A stretch of 29,582 nt of DNA from Octopus sinensis (lineage: Eukaryota): assembly GCF_006345805.1 (NCBI RefSeq), contig NW_021832688.1, forward strand, positions 1 to 29,582, written 5' to 3'. How positions within the stretch are numbered: the stretch's first letter is position 1; each line of letters begins with the position of its first letter. Both the position numbers and the translations under genes were made by a program. Positions 1 through 11,231 of the stretch are shown in pieces. The notes beneath the pieces were generated by a model. That model was not told the origin of the DNA. It saw only the letters and a program-made list of their open reading frames with translations, and did no database searches.

Positions 1-539
1 TGAGAGGGAGGGCGACCCGCGAAAATTTTAATCCAGCCATGAAACTGGCAGAAGAAATTCGGAATCAGGATGAGACCGTATATTTGAGGGGGTTAGCTTT
101 AAAGGCCTAAAGATGGAAGGAGATAGGAAGACAAAGTGGCAGAGGAGGAAGAGGAGAAGAAAGACAGACAATGTTAAAAGAGGGGGGGAAAAAAGGGAGG
201 AAGAAAGAAAGAAAGAGAGAAGTATGAGGTTCCCCGCGAAAAGTTTTATCCAGCCATGCGAGCGTTCGTCGTAGAGGGGAAAACTTATATGAATAAATAA
301 AAAAAAAATAATAAGTAAGCAAGAAAATTCTGGAAAAAGTGAAAAAATGAAGCAGGTGGGGGGGATTCGATCCTGAAAATAAAATTTCAAAAATTCATCC
401 TCTCTCTTATTTTTACACTTTTTCCCGGATTTTTTTTTCTTTCTGTTTTAGTGAAAGACTAGCAGAATTGCCCGGCGTTGCTCGGGCTGAATTGCTTGAA
501 AGTACGGTTAATGATTGCCCTGAATGATGATTATTCAGG

Positions 540-1090
540 CAAATATTGATATAAGTTTTACGGTGGGAGATAAGACTTAACGATCAAACGTGTGCCATTG
601 CATTTTTTGGGGGAACCAAATTTCTGATGAGCATTATAGGGCACCAACTTTAAATTTTGAAAAGTGTGGGTAGTCCCGGGGTGCTCAATGAATTGAGTAC
701 CTCTATTGGATATTGATGACGTCCTCTGGTTAGGAGTTGTATTGATAGACTGATATACATAGACTTCCCCAGGAATGAGTTTTAGCATTTCATCATTAAT
801 ATGGTGAACAGTTTTTATTCCTCGGGGCCAGTATACCTTTTGGCCAATTCAATCCATATTCTGATAATTAGCTTTTAGATCTGGGAACACTGCATCTCTG
901 AGATCAGAAGGCGTCTTAACAAAGGTACAAATGGAATCGATGGCAATATTACCATTTTCATCCCCGGGTATTTCCTTCGCCAAGTGCAAGGAGGGTGTGA
1001 CATGCTGCTGATGTATATTACGTCGCATATGAGCACGCATATTGGTGTGAAGTTTTGAGAGTTACTTCCCTTTATTAAAAAAATATGCAT
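540..1090 (-). pseudogene. Helitron PIF1-like helicase remnant (frameshifted)
   Basis: Fragments ICTFVKTPSDLRDAVFPDLKANYQNMD, GILAPRNK and KKCNGTRLIVKS match the Helitron helicase C-terminal motifs (AILAPRN, LCNGTRL). They are split over several frames. Confidence 0.85.
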
Positions 1091-1264
1091 TAAAATGGAA
1101 AAAATGATGGTAAATTATTTGTAAAAATCGTAGACTCATCGTAGACGCGCGCTAATACCCAAAGGGCTCGATATGAATCACGACTATAAGACAACCCGGT
1201 TTTGGTTAAACTGCACGCAAATGTGGAGTATTGGAATCTAAATCGAGTGCAGACACACAACCTT

Positions 1265-1790
1265 TCTTTTATATATAAGATTTTTCGTCCAAAAACTTTG
1301 TATGGATTAATGGTTTACCTCTAAAAATATTCAACCGCACATTATACATACATGTGTGTATAGGAATATATAAATACATTTAATATCTATATAACCGTTT
1401 GGGCGATCTTTCTCTGCTACTTAGAAGATAACTTTTAGATTTATTTTCGTACACAACTTTGTATGGATTGAATGGTTCCTCTCTGGAAATATATACACAC
1501 ACGTATACAACAGGTTGTAAGATGAATGATAAATACATATTATATATTTAATCAGACTTTGGCGATCTTTCTGTTACTATAAGATACTTAGATCTTTTTT
1601 CGTCCTAAAAAACTTGTGCGGAGTGAAGGTTACGTCTATGGAAATTATCACACACATTATACAATACATATGTTATAGATGATATATAAATCATTAAATA
1701 TCTATATACACTTTTGGGCGATCTTTCTGCTACTTGGATATACTTTAGATCTTATATTCGTCCTAAAAAACTTTGTATGAATTGAAAAAG
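1265..1790. repeat. Tandem repeat, ~157-bp unit, ~3.3 copies, inside the Helitron
   Basis: The anchor GGCGATCTT recurs at 1402, 1561 and 1717 (spacing 159 and 156). TTCGTC...AACTTTGTATGG recurs with the same period. Confidence 0.85.
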
Positions 1791-2029
1791 AAAATGAATT
1801 GAATTTTTAAGAAAGGATTTGTTTACATACATGTGTGAAATGGCAATTGTTTGTGCAGTTGTCCGAAATGGAACCAGGGTAAATGTGTGGACTGATGTAT
1901 AATAATGAATAGTCCTTCTTGTTTGTGAATATTATTTGATGAATATGAACTGAAAACCAGTGGTGTATCATATAAGACCATAGGTGATCTTCTAGCAAAA
2001 AGGATGACCAGTCCTGACTGGCTCATCCC

Positions 2030-2132
2030 TGTCACACACTCACCACACTCACACACACACACACACACACCCACACCCACCCCCACCCCACACACACTCT
2101 CCACACTCACACACACCACACATACACACACG
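2030..2132. repeat. (CA)n-rich microsatellite
   Basis: Degenerate CA/CAC run, directly visible. Confidence 0.9.
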
Positions 2133-3200
2133 TTAGCTTACAATTTATTTATATATTTGCGTGTCTATGTGTGTAAAGAGGAAGTGGGAGTAATATGCAG
2201 AGTAAAGGCTTTGAAGTGAAAGAGTGAAATGTTAGTTTTCTCGCGAATTTTTTCTGAAATGGGGGTGAAATTGAAAGAAATTTTGTATGCCATGACCGAA
2301 TGGAAGTACTTTGAAAAATCATAGGTAAACTCTAATTGAAGAAATTGTGTGAGGAGTAAATCGTTATGTATTTATTGTTTTTCTGTTTGCTGTGTTTTTT
2401 TTTTTTGTGGTGGTTTAAGGTACACTTGCTAAGAGAAGTATGAGAAATTAGGGTGATAGCATGAGTGAAGCATTCGCTCCGTTGTGTGTGTGTGTGTGTG
2501 CTGTAGCCCACACTACACATGCACTTCACTTACACACCACAATGTGAGTTTTCTCGAATTTTGCTTAATTGGGGTTGAAATTTGAAAAACTGTACCTGGC
2601 ACGACACCCGATGTATTCTACTCTTAAAAATGCTAGGTAATTGTAATTGAAGAAATCCTATATTGTAGATTCTATAAGAGACAAAGGGAGGCAGATAAAA
2701 ATCTGCCTTTTATAATAAGAGATGAGGATCCTGAAAAATTGTGAAAATTTCCATTTTTCAAGAATATATATTATATACTATATATATATATATATACTAT
2801 AACTGAATAGGGGTTGTAAATGCAACCCTCCATGGGATAACATATATCCAATCTAACCGCTAGTGAAGTACCCAACAAAGTTAATACATAAATGTTAATA
2901 ATTGCGATGCAATTAATTCATTTACTGTATTATATGGGCAAAGGTAAATGTTTTACCACAAATTCATATACAAAATAAGAAAATGGAGAAATACATCCAA
3001 ATCAAATATCAATTACCAGATAATACCCATCACATACTTATTAAACACACCAAGAAACTTTAAGAACAAACATAATAAAGTAGAACAAAATTGTGTACAT
3101 AAAGGAGTAATGTTATACAGTAAGTACAATATGTATAAGAGAATATAAAATAAGTAAATATAAGTATAGATATAGACTACATCTTACAGCTGTTTCGGCC

Positions 3201-4097
3201 ATGCAGATAAGTATGTCTTGTAGTTATAAATGAGACATTTACAAAATATCCTAAGGCCTCTTCGGAGATTATGTGATACATCAATCAGATACATACACAT
3301 TTATCTGTGTGGGTACATACCCATAATAAAACATATACATATGAGTGCATATACTCACACCTCTATACATATAAATATACATATACATAATGATATAAAT
3401 AATATAGATCAATAAACATATATATGTTCCACATTCAATGTTACAGTTTTTCAGCTTAATATTGTGATAATTACAATGTAAATCTGAACTCGGAAGTACA
3501 TCTGTGCACCAGTGGATCTTAATGTCGTGTAAACAGAATGCTTTTGTTTCATATTTCGTATGTATATGCAGATATTTAACACTTTGCATGGTATTGTAGT
3601 ACTATTGTAACTATATTGCTAATAATGGAATCTATATATTGTTTTTTCTAGTATTAGCGTTATTAATAATAATACGAATGATGATATTGGTAGCATTAGT
3701 GGTATGACAATGATAATGATGCTAACATTAATGACATTTTGGAAATTGTTATGAATTAATATAATGTACTCTTGACTCTGTATATCTGCATTTGGGTATT
3801 AATATGTGTATGTTTTTCTACATTGTAATTATCACAATATTAAGTTGAAAAACTGTAACATTGAATGTGGAAACATGTATGTTTATTATTTTATATTATT
3901 TATATCATTATGTATATGTATATTTATATGTATAGGAGTATGAGTATATGCACTCATATATATATATATGTATTATATGGGTATGTACCCACACCTATAA
4001 ATTGTGTATGTAATCTGATTTGTATCACATAATCTCCAAGAGGCCTTAGGATATTTTTGTAAATGTCTCATTTATAACTACGAGACATACTTTGCAT
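3201..4097. repeat. Long inverted repeat (arms ~3201-3481 and ~3819-4097, spacer ~340 bp)
   Basis: Left arm AAGTATGTCTTGTAGTTATAAATGAGACATTTAC...ATTACAATGTA is the reverse complement of TACATTGTAAT...GTAAATGTCTCATTTATAACTACGAGACATACTT. Confidence 0.92.
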
Positions 4098-5205
4098 TTC
4101 CTACATGGATGGTATGCCAGACACCATTCTTAAATAATTTTCAGTTTCTTTTCTGATCATTCCAAGTGCTCCTACAATTACTGGTATTGTAACCATTTTG
4201 AGGTGCCACATTTTTTGTCGATTTCAATTAGCAAATCTTTATTTTTCTGGGCTTATCAAATTCTTTTTCCGAGATATTATGGTCACAAGGTATGCTCATA
4301 TCAATCAATAAACAGGCTTCATTGTTTTGGTCTTTCACAACAATATTTGTTTGTTTGCTTTGATGGTCCGGCCTGTACATACTCAGAAGTCCCAATGAAC
4401 TTACATTTTCTCCCTCAGTTACAGCCTCAGGTGGTGCTTGTACCATTTGTCAGCAGTTTTCATTCTATAATGCCGACATATCATCCAATGTAGATATTGG
4501 CTAACTCTGTCATGTCTTGATTTGTACTCTACAGGTGCTAAAAACCTTACATGTGGAGATTAGGTTGTCAACTTTTTCAATCTCATCATTGCATTAACAG
4601 CACTTTGGCTCTACATAACATTATTCATCCCATTGCCTTAGTATTCCGGGTCAATAAGCTCTAATCTTGGGCAACCGAGATAAATCCTTCACTCTCTGCC
4701 TTTAGCCCTGAGCTCCAAAGTCACTGATGGGTGTGCTTCTGGTCTACATTAGCTTGTTGCTTCGAGTCATATATTTGCCATTGGTCAGGGTTTTTGTTCC
4801 CACCTATCAGCCAATTGTTCAAATGCATTTTGTTTTGATATTGATTTCACCTTCTTTGCACTACAGTTGCTGCACTGCACTTCCATCATGCTTATGCATA
4901 AACTCACTTGAAAATATTTTGCTCTCCTTCATACCAGAATGAAGCTTATGTTTTTCATGGTTTTCAACAATGCTTTAGCATCCAGTCTCGTTTAGATGTT
5001 TCAAGCTATTTAGCCAGTCCAATTATTGTGGTTTTGTAGAAGATTTCAGATTAGATCAAGTCTCAACCTCCTTGAGCTCTGGGTAGGTAAAATGATATAC
5101 GTCTGCCTTTGTTGGTGCATCTTATTGCAAGTCAGTAGCTTATGAATTTACCTGTCAATCTGCCTTATTTCACTCATATTCCAGTTCAACACATTGAAAC
5201 TGTTA
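4093..5205 (-). mobile_element. R4/Dong-like non-LTR retrotransposon fragment (RT C-terminus, CCHC region, restriction-like endonuclease)
   Basis: Degenerate translations include FNVLNWNMSEIRQID.K..KLLTCNKMH, YKSRHDRVSQYLHW.ICRHY, EAVTEGENV, NIVVKDQNNEACLLIDMSIPCDHNISEKEFDK and MWHLKMVTIPVIVGALG. These fit the PD-(D/E)xK RLE of R4-clade elements. Confidence 0.85.
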
Positions 5206-5479
5206 ATAAAACCAGAACTGCTTATTATTATTATTATCATTATTAGTAGTAGTAAATATATAGATAAATAATATAATAAAATAATAATATTAGTGGCCAG
5301 CAAACAATAATTCTGTTATAGGCTAATCAATAAAATTTTATAATTATAATTATAATAGAGAGTACACAAAGTACCGCTTGCTAGAATAAGAGTTAAAATC
5401 ATCAAACACACTATCTCACTGAAAAATGTAATAGACCAACAGAATCAGACAAACAAGCCAAAGAATTTGTGTAAATGCT

Positions 5480-7480
5480 GTTTTTGTAACTTTCAATGCC
5501 AAAGCTTGGTAAAGAGGCCTTCCAGGACTTTCCATAAATTTATCGCCTTTGTTCTAGGGAGAAGAATTTTATTCTTTCAGTCTTTCCCAGTTGCTGATGT
5601 GGCACATTAGATGATTTTCTTTGTGTAGCTTCATTGGATAGCTTCGAGTTTCACCATTAATTTTGTTGTTGATCATAGTTGGGAGTATTGTGTGCTGAGT
5701 GTATTAGGGAGCACATTACCAAATTGGTAATATGCACTTAAAAGAAGCCTCACTTGCTCACGTCAATGCCCAGATTACGCACTGATTAGATTCAGGGATT
5801 ACAGTTTTCTTCCTTGACCAGTCAATCCTGTTTGCATGTCATTCAGACGATTCATTCCAAACTTGAGTTATCAGGCTATGAATTTCAGATGAAATATGAT
5901 CCCCGCCTGCTTTCAGAATTTCAACTGGAATACCATCCAATCCATGAGCTACAACTGATCTTAATATACATAATGCCAAATTTACTTCTCCAGTGGAAGG
6001 TGTATCATTCATGTGTTGCATTATCTCTCTTTGTGGCATGTTTACGATATCCATGTTCACTATAGACATATTGTGGAAAAGATCTGCAAAGTGTTCTCTC
6101 CATCTATTCATTATTCCAGGAGGATCATTTCCATCTTCTGACTTCAAGGGAACATCTGATGAAGATTGGAGTCCAAAAGATTGCCACAATAAACTATAGA
6201 AACTTTTAATGTCCTTCCTATCATAGGCTGCCTGTACTTCCTCTGACAAGTTTCTCCACCAAGTGTCTTTAAGCCTCCTGAGTTATTTTTGCAAGTCTTC
6301 TTTTTGAGACTTGTACAACTTTTCTAGCTGTACTGTGTTCTTAACATTTGGGTTAAGAAGCTTTTCATGAGTGGACTTCTTTGTTGCTAAAAGCTCATTT
6401 ATCACTCTATCATCTTAAAACTTAACACTTCTGAACCCATTTTATATATTTCATTCTGGAAAGATTGTCATGAACCTTCAAAATGAATATTGGTACATCT
6501 CTTTTGAAATAACTGCAAAACTTGTGGTCGTTTTAGCTGCTCTACATCAATTTTCTTTGGTACTTGTATACCTACAAAATGAATTTTCTTGCAGACACTG
6601 AACTTGAACTTGGCCCTAACCATTTTGTGTTTAGTATCACAATCAGCACCTCACACTATTCTGCATCTGCACAAATCTTGTAAGTCACCTTTCCAAGTTA
6701 ATACAAACTCAATCATGTGACATTGCTTTGATCTTGGGGGAATCCATGTTTCATTTTATGATGAGAGCATTCCCAACAATCAACTCTATCTCAGAGAACA
6801 TTTATAGCAGATGCAACCCATTGTTGTTCACCTTTCCTATTCTGTAATGCCCAAGTATATCACAGGCACCTTAGTCTCTATCAACATATGCATGAAAGTC
6901 ACCCAGTACAACCAACTTCTCAAAGGCATTGATGGAATACGTTTTGTAAGCTCCTCATAAAATGTATGGATATTTTTCTCAGCTGAAAGTGTAGGGGCAT
7001 AAATAGAGAAACAGTTACAAAATGTCCACAAGAAAGAGGGATCTGGAGTTTCATTATGTGTTTATTTATGTTTTGTGGTCGTCCTAAGTCTTTTAGCAAA
7101 TCACTTCTAATTGCAAACCCAACACCACCTTCCCTTTTCTCTCCCTTTGGCTTCCCAATTCAGCACAATGTAAAACCTGCCACTCTTTCGACAGGATGAT
7201 CTTCATCTGAAAATCTTTTTTCAGAAAGAGCTGCAATATCAACATTAAGAAGCCTTAGTTCTTTAGTTACTAGAGCTTTTCTTCTTTCAGACCTACTTGC
7301 TCGATCTAAAAGGGTTTTCACATTTCAACAGGCCAGGTTAAGAGAAACCTTATTCCTTTTATACTTGTTATCGTTGTTTATACCAATTCTTTGTTCATTC
7401 CTGCTAAATTGAACAACTGTTTGCTGCAGTAAACTACCCAGCAGAGAAAGGACAGACAATTTTTATTGCACCTTTTCTAG
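5480..7480 (-). mobile_element. RTE-clade LINE fragment (APE endonuclease, tether, start of RT)
   Basis: With frameshifts it reads WNVKTLLDRASRSERRKALVTKELRLLNVDIAALSEKRF, SIYAPTL, RWREHFADLF and GLDGIPVEILKAGG. These are typical RTE ORF2 N-terminal motifs. Confidence 0.88.
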
Positions 7481-7724
7481 CACTTTCCCAGTATATCCAG
7501 GTGAACATTGTTCTCCTTAAAAGGGCTCCTCGGACACAGGATTCTCCACCAAAAACAGTTCCTGTCCATGAAAACATGTTAGTGATGTCAAGATAAGAAT
7601 CCTGCTACATTATGTGCAGATTTGTAACTGTATGCCTCCAACCACGCCTCTATAACCATAGGACTTTAGAAAAATTGATGATTGTATGACAATGCCATTA
7701 CTAATTATTTTAATATATTTACAG

Positions 7725-7829
7725 GTTCAGCTGACTGATTTTGAAAATGCAGCCTTTGTTGTATTCATGCTTCTTCTTACACGTACTATAGTTACTTTCA
7801 AACTGAACCTTTTGATCCTGATAACAAAG
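7725..7829 (+). CDS. GCLC: Glutamate-cysteine ligase catalytic subunit, internal exon (first exon in window)
   Basis: ttacag|GTT...AAG|gtaaat, 105 bp, phase 0/0. Translates VQLTDFENAAFVVFMLLLTRTIVTFKLNLLILITK, matching the conserved GCLC exon VQLTDFENxAxVVFxxLLTR. Confidence 0.95.
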
Positions 7830-8519
7830 GTAAATATTGACTTCTCTAAAATAAACATTGAGCTCTTTGATCTAACTATAGATATGAGAGCTATGATAGA
7901 TATTATGTCATCAGGTATCAACTCATTGGATTTTATTCACCCTAAAATGTGTATGTTCTTTTACGACAAACTATACTGTGGTAATTATCATAAGAGAACA
8001 CTCATTGGCATTTTGGTGCCAAGTGCACTTTTGTTAATATTGGTAGCAGGAAGATAAATCCCCACTACATCTAGTGCTGTGACCTCAGATCATGTGATTT
8101 CAACTTTGGTCTTGACACTGATGGATACTTAAACACTAGAGACAGCAGTGATTCATCTCCCCACCAGTGATATATAGACTGACAATGCCAGAGCAGACAC
8201 TTGTGTCATGATTAGCCAGCTACCTCAATAATATATATATATATATATATATCAATGACAGGTGCAGAATTAATACCAAGAGGTGGACAGCTCCAAGCAT
8301 CATCTTTAATTACAAAACATAAATGAAATTAATTTTAAAGTCAATTAATTTAAATTCATGTTGGGAACACTTATTTTTTTGCTCCCTTACAAGTTCCAGC
8401 CAATCATAGGTGCCCATGCTGGGGCACTGTCATCAAAGGATTTTTGAAATGTGTATCAAAACCATTATGTGTTTTGTTAATCATTACATCAAATTATTAA
8501 GTGGGCCAAGATGTTTCTG

Positions 8520-8760
8520 TCGCTCAGTCTATTATAACAATTGTTCCAGTCGATCTGATCAATGAGACCCCCTACTCATGAAATCAATATGCAAGTGGCT
8601 GAGCATTCCAGGGAAATACCTTAATGTAGTTCTCAGGGAGATCTAGTGTGACACAGAATGTGGCAACAATGGCCATTTGAAATACAGATACAATGTACTT
8701 TTTCTAGTTGAGTGCACTCAAGCAACATGAAATAAAATGTCTTGCTCAAGAACTCAACAC
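8520..8760 (-). mobile_element. Degenerate SINE (head region resembling GTTGTGTCCTTGAGCAAGACACTT-type SINEs)
   Basis: AAATAAAATGTCTTGCTCAAGAACTCAACAC and GCAAGTGGCTGAGCATTCC resemble a common cephalopod SINE as I recall it. The family name was not verified. Confidence 0.6.
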
Positions 8761-8823
8761 ACCATTAGGTAATTATTAATCCCATTTTATACATATTTAC
8801 CATATCATTTCACCCTCTGTAAG

Positions 8824-8905
8824 GTTGATGAAAACTTCCCACCAGCACAAAAGCCAGATGCCATTAATAAAGAGAAATTTCATTTCAGAAAAGATGTTCA
8901 AAAAG
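8824..8905 (+). CDS. GCLC: GCLC internal exon
   Basis: ctgtaag|GTT...AAAG|gtaag, 82 bp, phase 0/1. Translates VDENFPPAQKPDAINKEKFHFRKDVQK (cf. VDENMxxAQKRDAV...FYFRKDI). The acceptor is the less common AAG. Confidence 0.9.
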
Positions 8906-9039
8906 GTAAGAGCTATATTTATTGGAAATTTTCAGAATTACAAGAAATAAAATTTTACTTTAATTAAATATTGAATGGTTAATAGATATATATTGATTGG
9001 AATGCAAACTTCCCTACCACAAAGCCATGCATGTGTATA

Positions 9040-9300
9040 TATAGGGAAAATTCACAAAATATATGTATTAGTTTAATGCTCGGAAAGTGAAAAACTCTTT
9101 AATGTTTTGAGCCTATACTCTTCCACAGAAAGGAATACAGAAAGAAATAAGGAGAGAAAATGTAGTGGCTAGTAATCTATCATGGCAAATGCCAGACAGA
9201 GGGGTCACATAGGAGAGCTTGTAAGAAATGGAGATAATAAGTAGTGGTGATCCCAAACCGAAGGTGTGCATGCATTTGTATAACAGAGCATGTATGTGCA
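9040..9300 (-). mobile_element. Penelope-like terminal-repeat fragment with a decayed hammerhead-like fold
   Basis: Hammerhead-like arrangement at 9097-9132 inside a dispersed-repeat-like segment. Family assignment is by resemblance only. Confidence 0.5.
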
Positions 9301-10149
9301 TTTGGAAGAGGGGTGGGGGCACTGACGTGTACGTGTGGTGTATGTGCAGGTCTGTGGATAATGTGTGGGTCTGGGAAGTTTTAAGTGCTAGTGTGTGCAT
9401 TGTGATGTGATGTGGTGGGGTGGTGTGGTGTGATGGTGTTGGGATGTGGGGAAGGCAAGAGTGGGGTGTGGTTTAGGCTGAGGTGGTGGTATAGGTAGGT
9501 GTGTGAGAGTGGTTGTAATTTAAAAAAAATAAAAAATTAAATTCTAATTTTTATATTTTATATATATATTTTATATATAATATATTGATATTATATTTTT
9601 TGTTATCTATGTATTGGTTTATGTCTATCACTGCTCAGTTGCCTAATAGTAGTTTTATCTCTAATTTTAATTTATATATATATATATATATATAATGGAA
9701 TAATTACTATGAATCATTATTGTATAAAGGATCGTGATTAAGGCCAGAACAATGCGACGTAAACGCAAGGCAAATTACAAGACAACAAATATATGAATTA
9801 AAGCAAACTTACCTTGCATTCAATATTTTGGGCTTCTCTGTCACACCCTGTTTAAACATTTTAAATTATGATTAATGACTTGTAGGCACACAGTATTTTG
9901 TAATGCAACCATAATATGCTATGAAGAATAAACGTTTTTATAAGTCAGTACCATGTACTACTGTGTTAGCAGTGTACTTAAATTGTGTGTTAAGGTCATC
10001 TATAGAAAAATCTGTAGCGATGAAATTAATACATGATCTAAGTTATGAGTTTTTGCATCATAATCATGGTGAGCAGTTTGCCTGTCACACTATATAGCAC
10101 ATATATTTATTGTACTAAATCTATAATTGTTTTATTTCCTGTCACTTAG

Positions 10150-10214
10150 AATCTTCTGAACTAACTCAGGATATTTACAGTTTGATGACTTTAAATGAAA
10201 TCATGAATGGAAAG
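10150..10214 (+). CDS. GCLC: GCLC internal exon
   Basis: cacttag|AA...AAG|gtaaaa, 65 bp, phase 1/0. Translates (E)SSELTQDIYSLMTLNEIMNGK (cf. EYTLMSIDTIINGK). Confidence 0.9.
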
Positions 10215-10734
10215 GTAAAAAATATTTTTAATAAATTGAAAACAATTTTTATTAATTTAGAATACAAACATAAATAACGTTATTTAGAAACAAAAATTAT
10301 CTGGAACAATATTTAAAAAACAAAATTGTGGTTCTAATTACTCATGCATAGATACTGAACAAAGTCAAACTTAAAATCATTTAACCTGTTTGTGCATTAA
10401 AATAGTACATATCTGCTAATTCAGTTTATGTGTGTGTGTATTTATACAGAGTATTGAATTATGCTGCCTCTATATACATTGACTACTGATGTTTAGTTTG
10501 TGTATGTTTCACTGGTGTTTGTTCATACTTTTGTGTATGAATAGTGTCACGTCATATGAGCATACATATATATGATTTTTATTATAAGAAGGATATTGAA
10601 ATTCTTTTCATATCTTTCTCCATTCTTTTACCACTAAATATCAATAACTATTTGGTCAACATCTCAATCAATTTCTAATCTATGGGATAGAAAACTCAAA
10701 CTATTTTCAATTATTTTGATTCTATTATCAACAG

Positions 10735-10851
10735 GATGATTTCCCTGGTTTAATTCCTCTCATACACAAATATCTTGATTATATTGACTATGATTTCAGC
10801 AAAAGACCTAAAATAATGCAATACCTGAAATACATCTCAGACAAACTGCAG
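10735..10851 (+). CDS. GCLC: GCLC penultimate exon
   Basis: caacag|GAT...CAG|gtgag, 117 bp. Translates DDFPGLIPLIHKYLDYIDYDFSKRPKIMQYLKYISDK (cf. FPGLIPILNSYL...YLKLIKKRASG). It is one base short of the phase needed by the next exon (see findings). Confidence 0.9.
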
Positions 10852-11231
10852 GTGAGATTATTCATTTTCCTCAAGAGTAATGTTATTTTAAATATACAAC
10901 ATTTATCTGTTAGTTTCTTTTTCAATTATAAAATACAATGTGAATCTGTATTTTATCCCTGTAACCCCTATTATTAATAAATCATCACACTCTAAACACT
11001 ATATGAAAGACCATGTTGAATAGTATTCCTTCCAAATTACGTCCTGCGGTTAAATCATTCTACCATAGTTTGGTTTTAAACAAGATTTTCAAAACAATTA
11101 TCACAGCTAACATTAATGAAGAAAAGAAACAGATAAGTGTTTTTCTATTTGTGCCATAGATCATGGGGATAGGATATTGTTACAAAATACAGCCAAAAAT
11201 AAGCCAATTTTTTTTTTCATTTATTTTATAG

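Larger units (their letters stand above)
459..2722 (-). mobile_element. Non-autonomous Helitron with both termini
   Basis: On the minus strand it starts A|TCTCTTATTATAAAAGG (2722) and ends CTAG|T (459), i.e. the canonical A^T target. There is a GC hairpin GCCCGAGCAACGCCGGGC (470-487) 7 nt before the CTAG, and a perfect 5' subterminal palindrome GGCAGAT-AAAA-ATCTGCC (~2689-2707). A helicase remnant lies inside. Confidence 0.9.

Noticed and set aside
28-390. 120-aa hydrophobic ORF
   Set aside because: It is the translation of a low-complexity GA/CT tract (F/L/S-rich).
1265-1790. Regularly spaced repeats as a CRISPR-like array
   Set aside because: The whole 157-bp unit is homologous (no unique spacers), and the context is a eukaryotic Helitron.
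2810-2866. Hairpin GGGTTG-TAAATG-CAACCC followed by CTAG as a second Helitron 3' end
   Set aside because: The hairpin is ~30 nt from the CTAG, which is too far, and no matching 5' TC end could be defined.
1-7724. Upstream GCLC exon (QSTNWQTMRFKPPP...WRVEFRP)
   Set aside because: I looked by eye in the non-TE gaps and did not find it; it is presumably upstream of the window.
7686-8057. 123-aa ORF as a stand-alone membrane protein
   Set aside because: Only 7725-7829 is GCLC-like and bounded by AG/GT; the rest is intron read-through.
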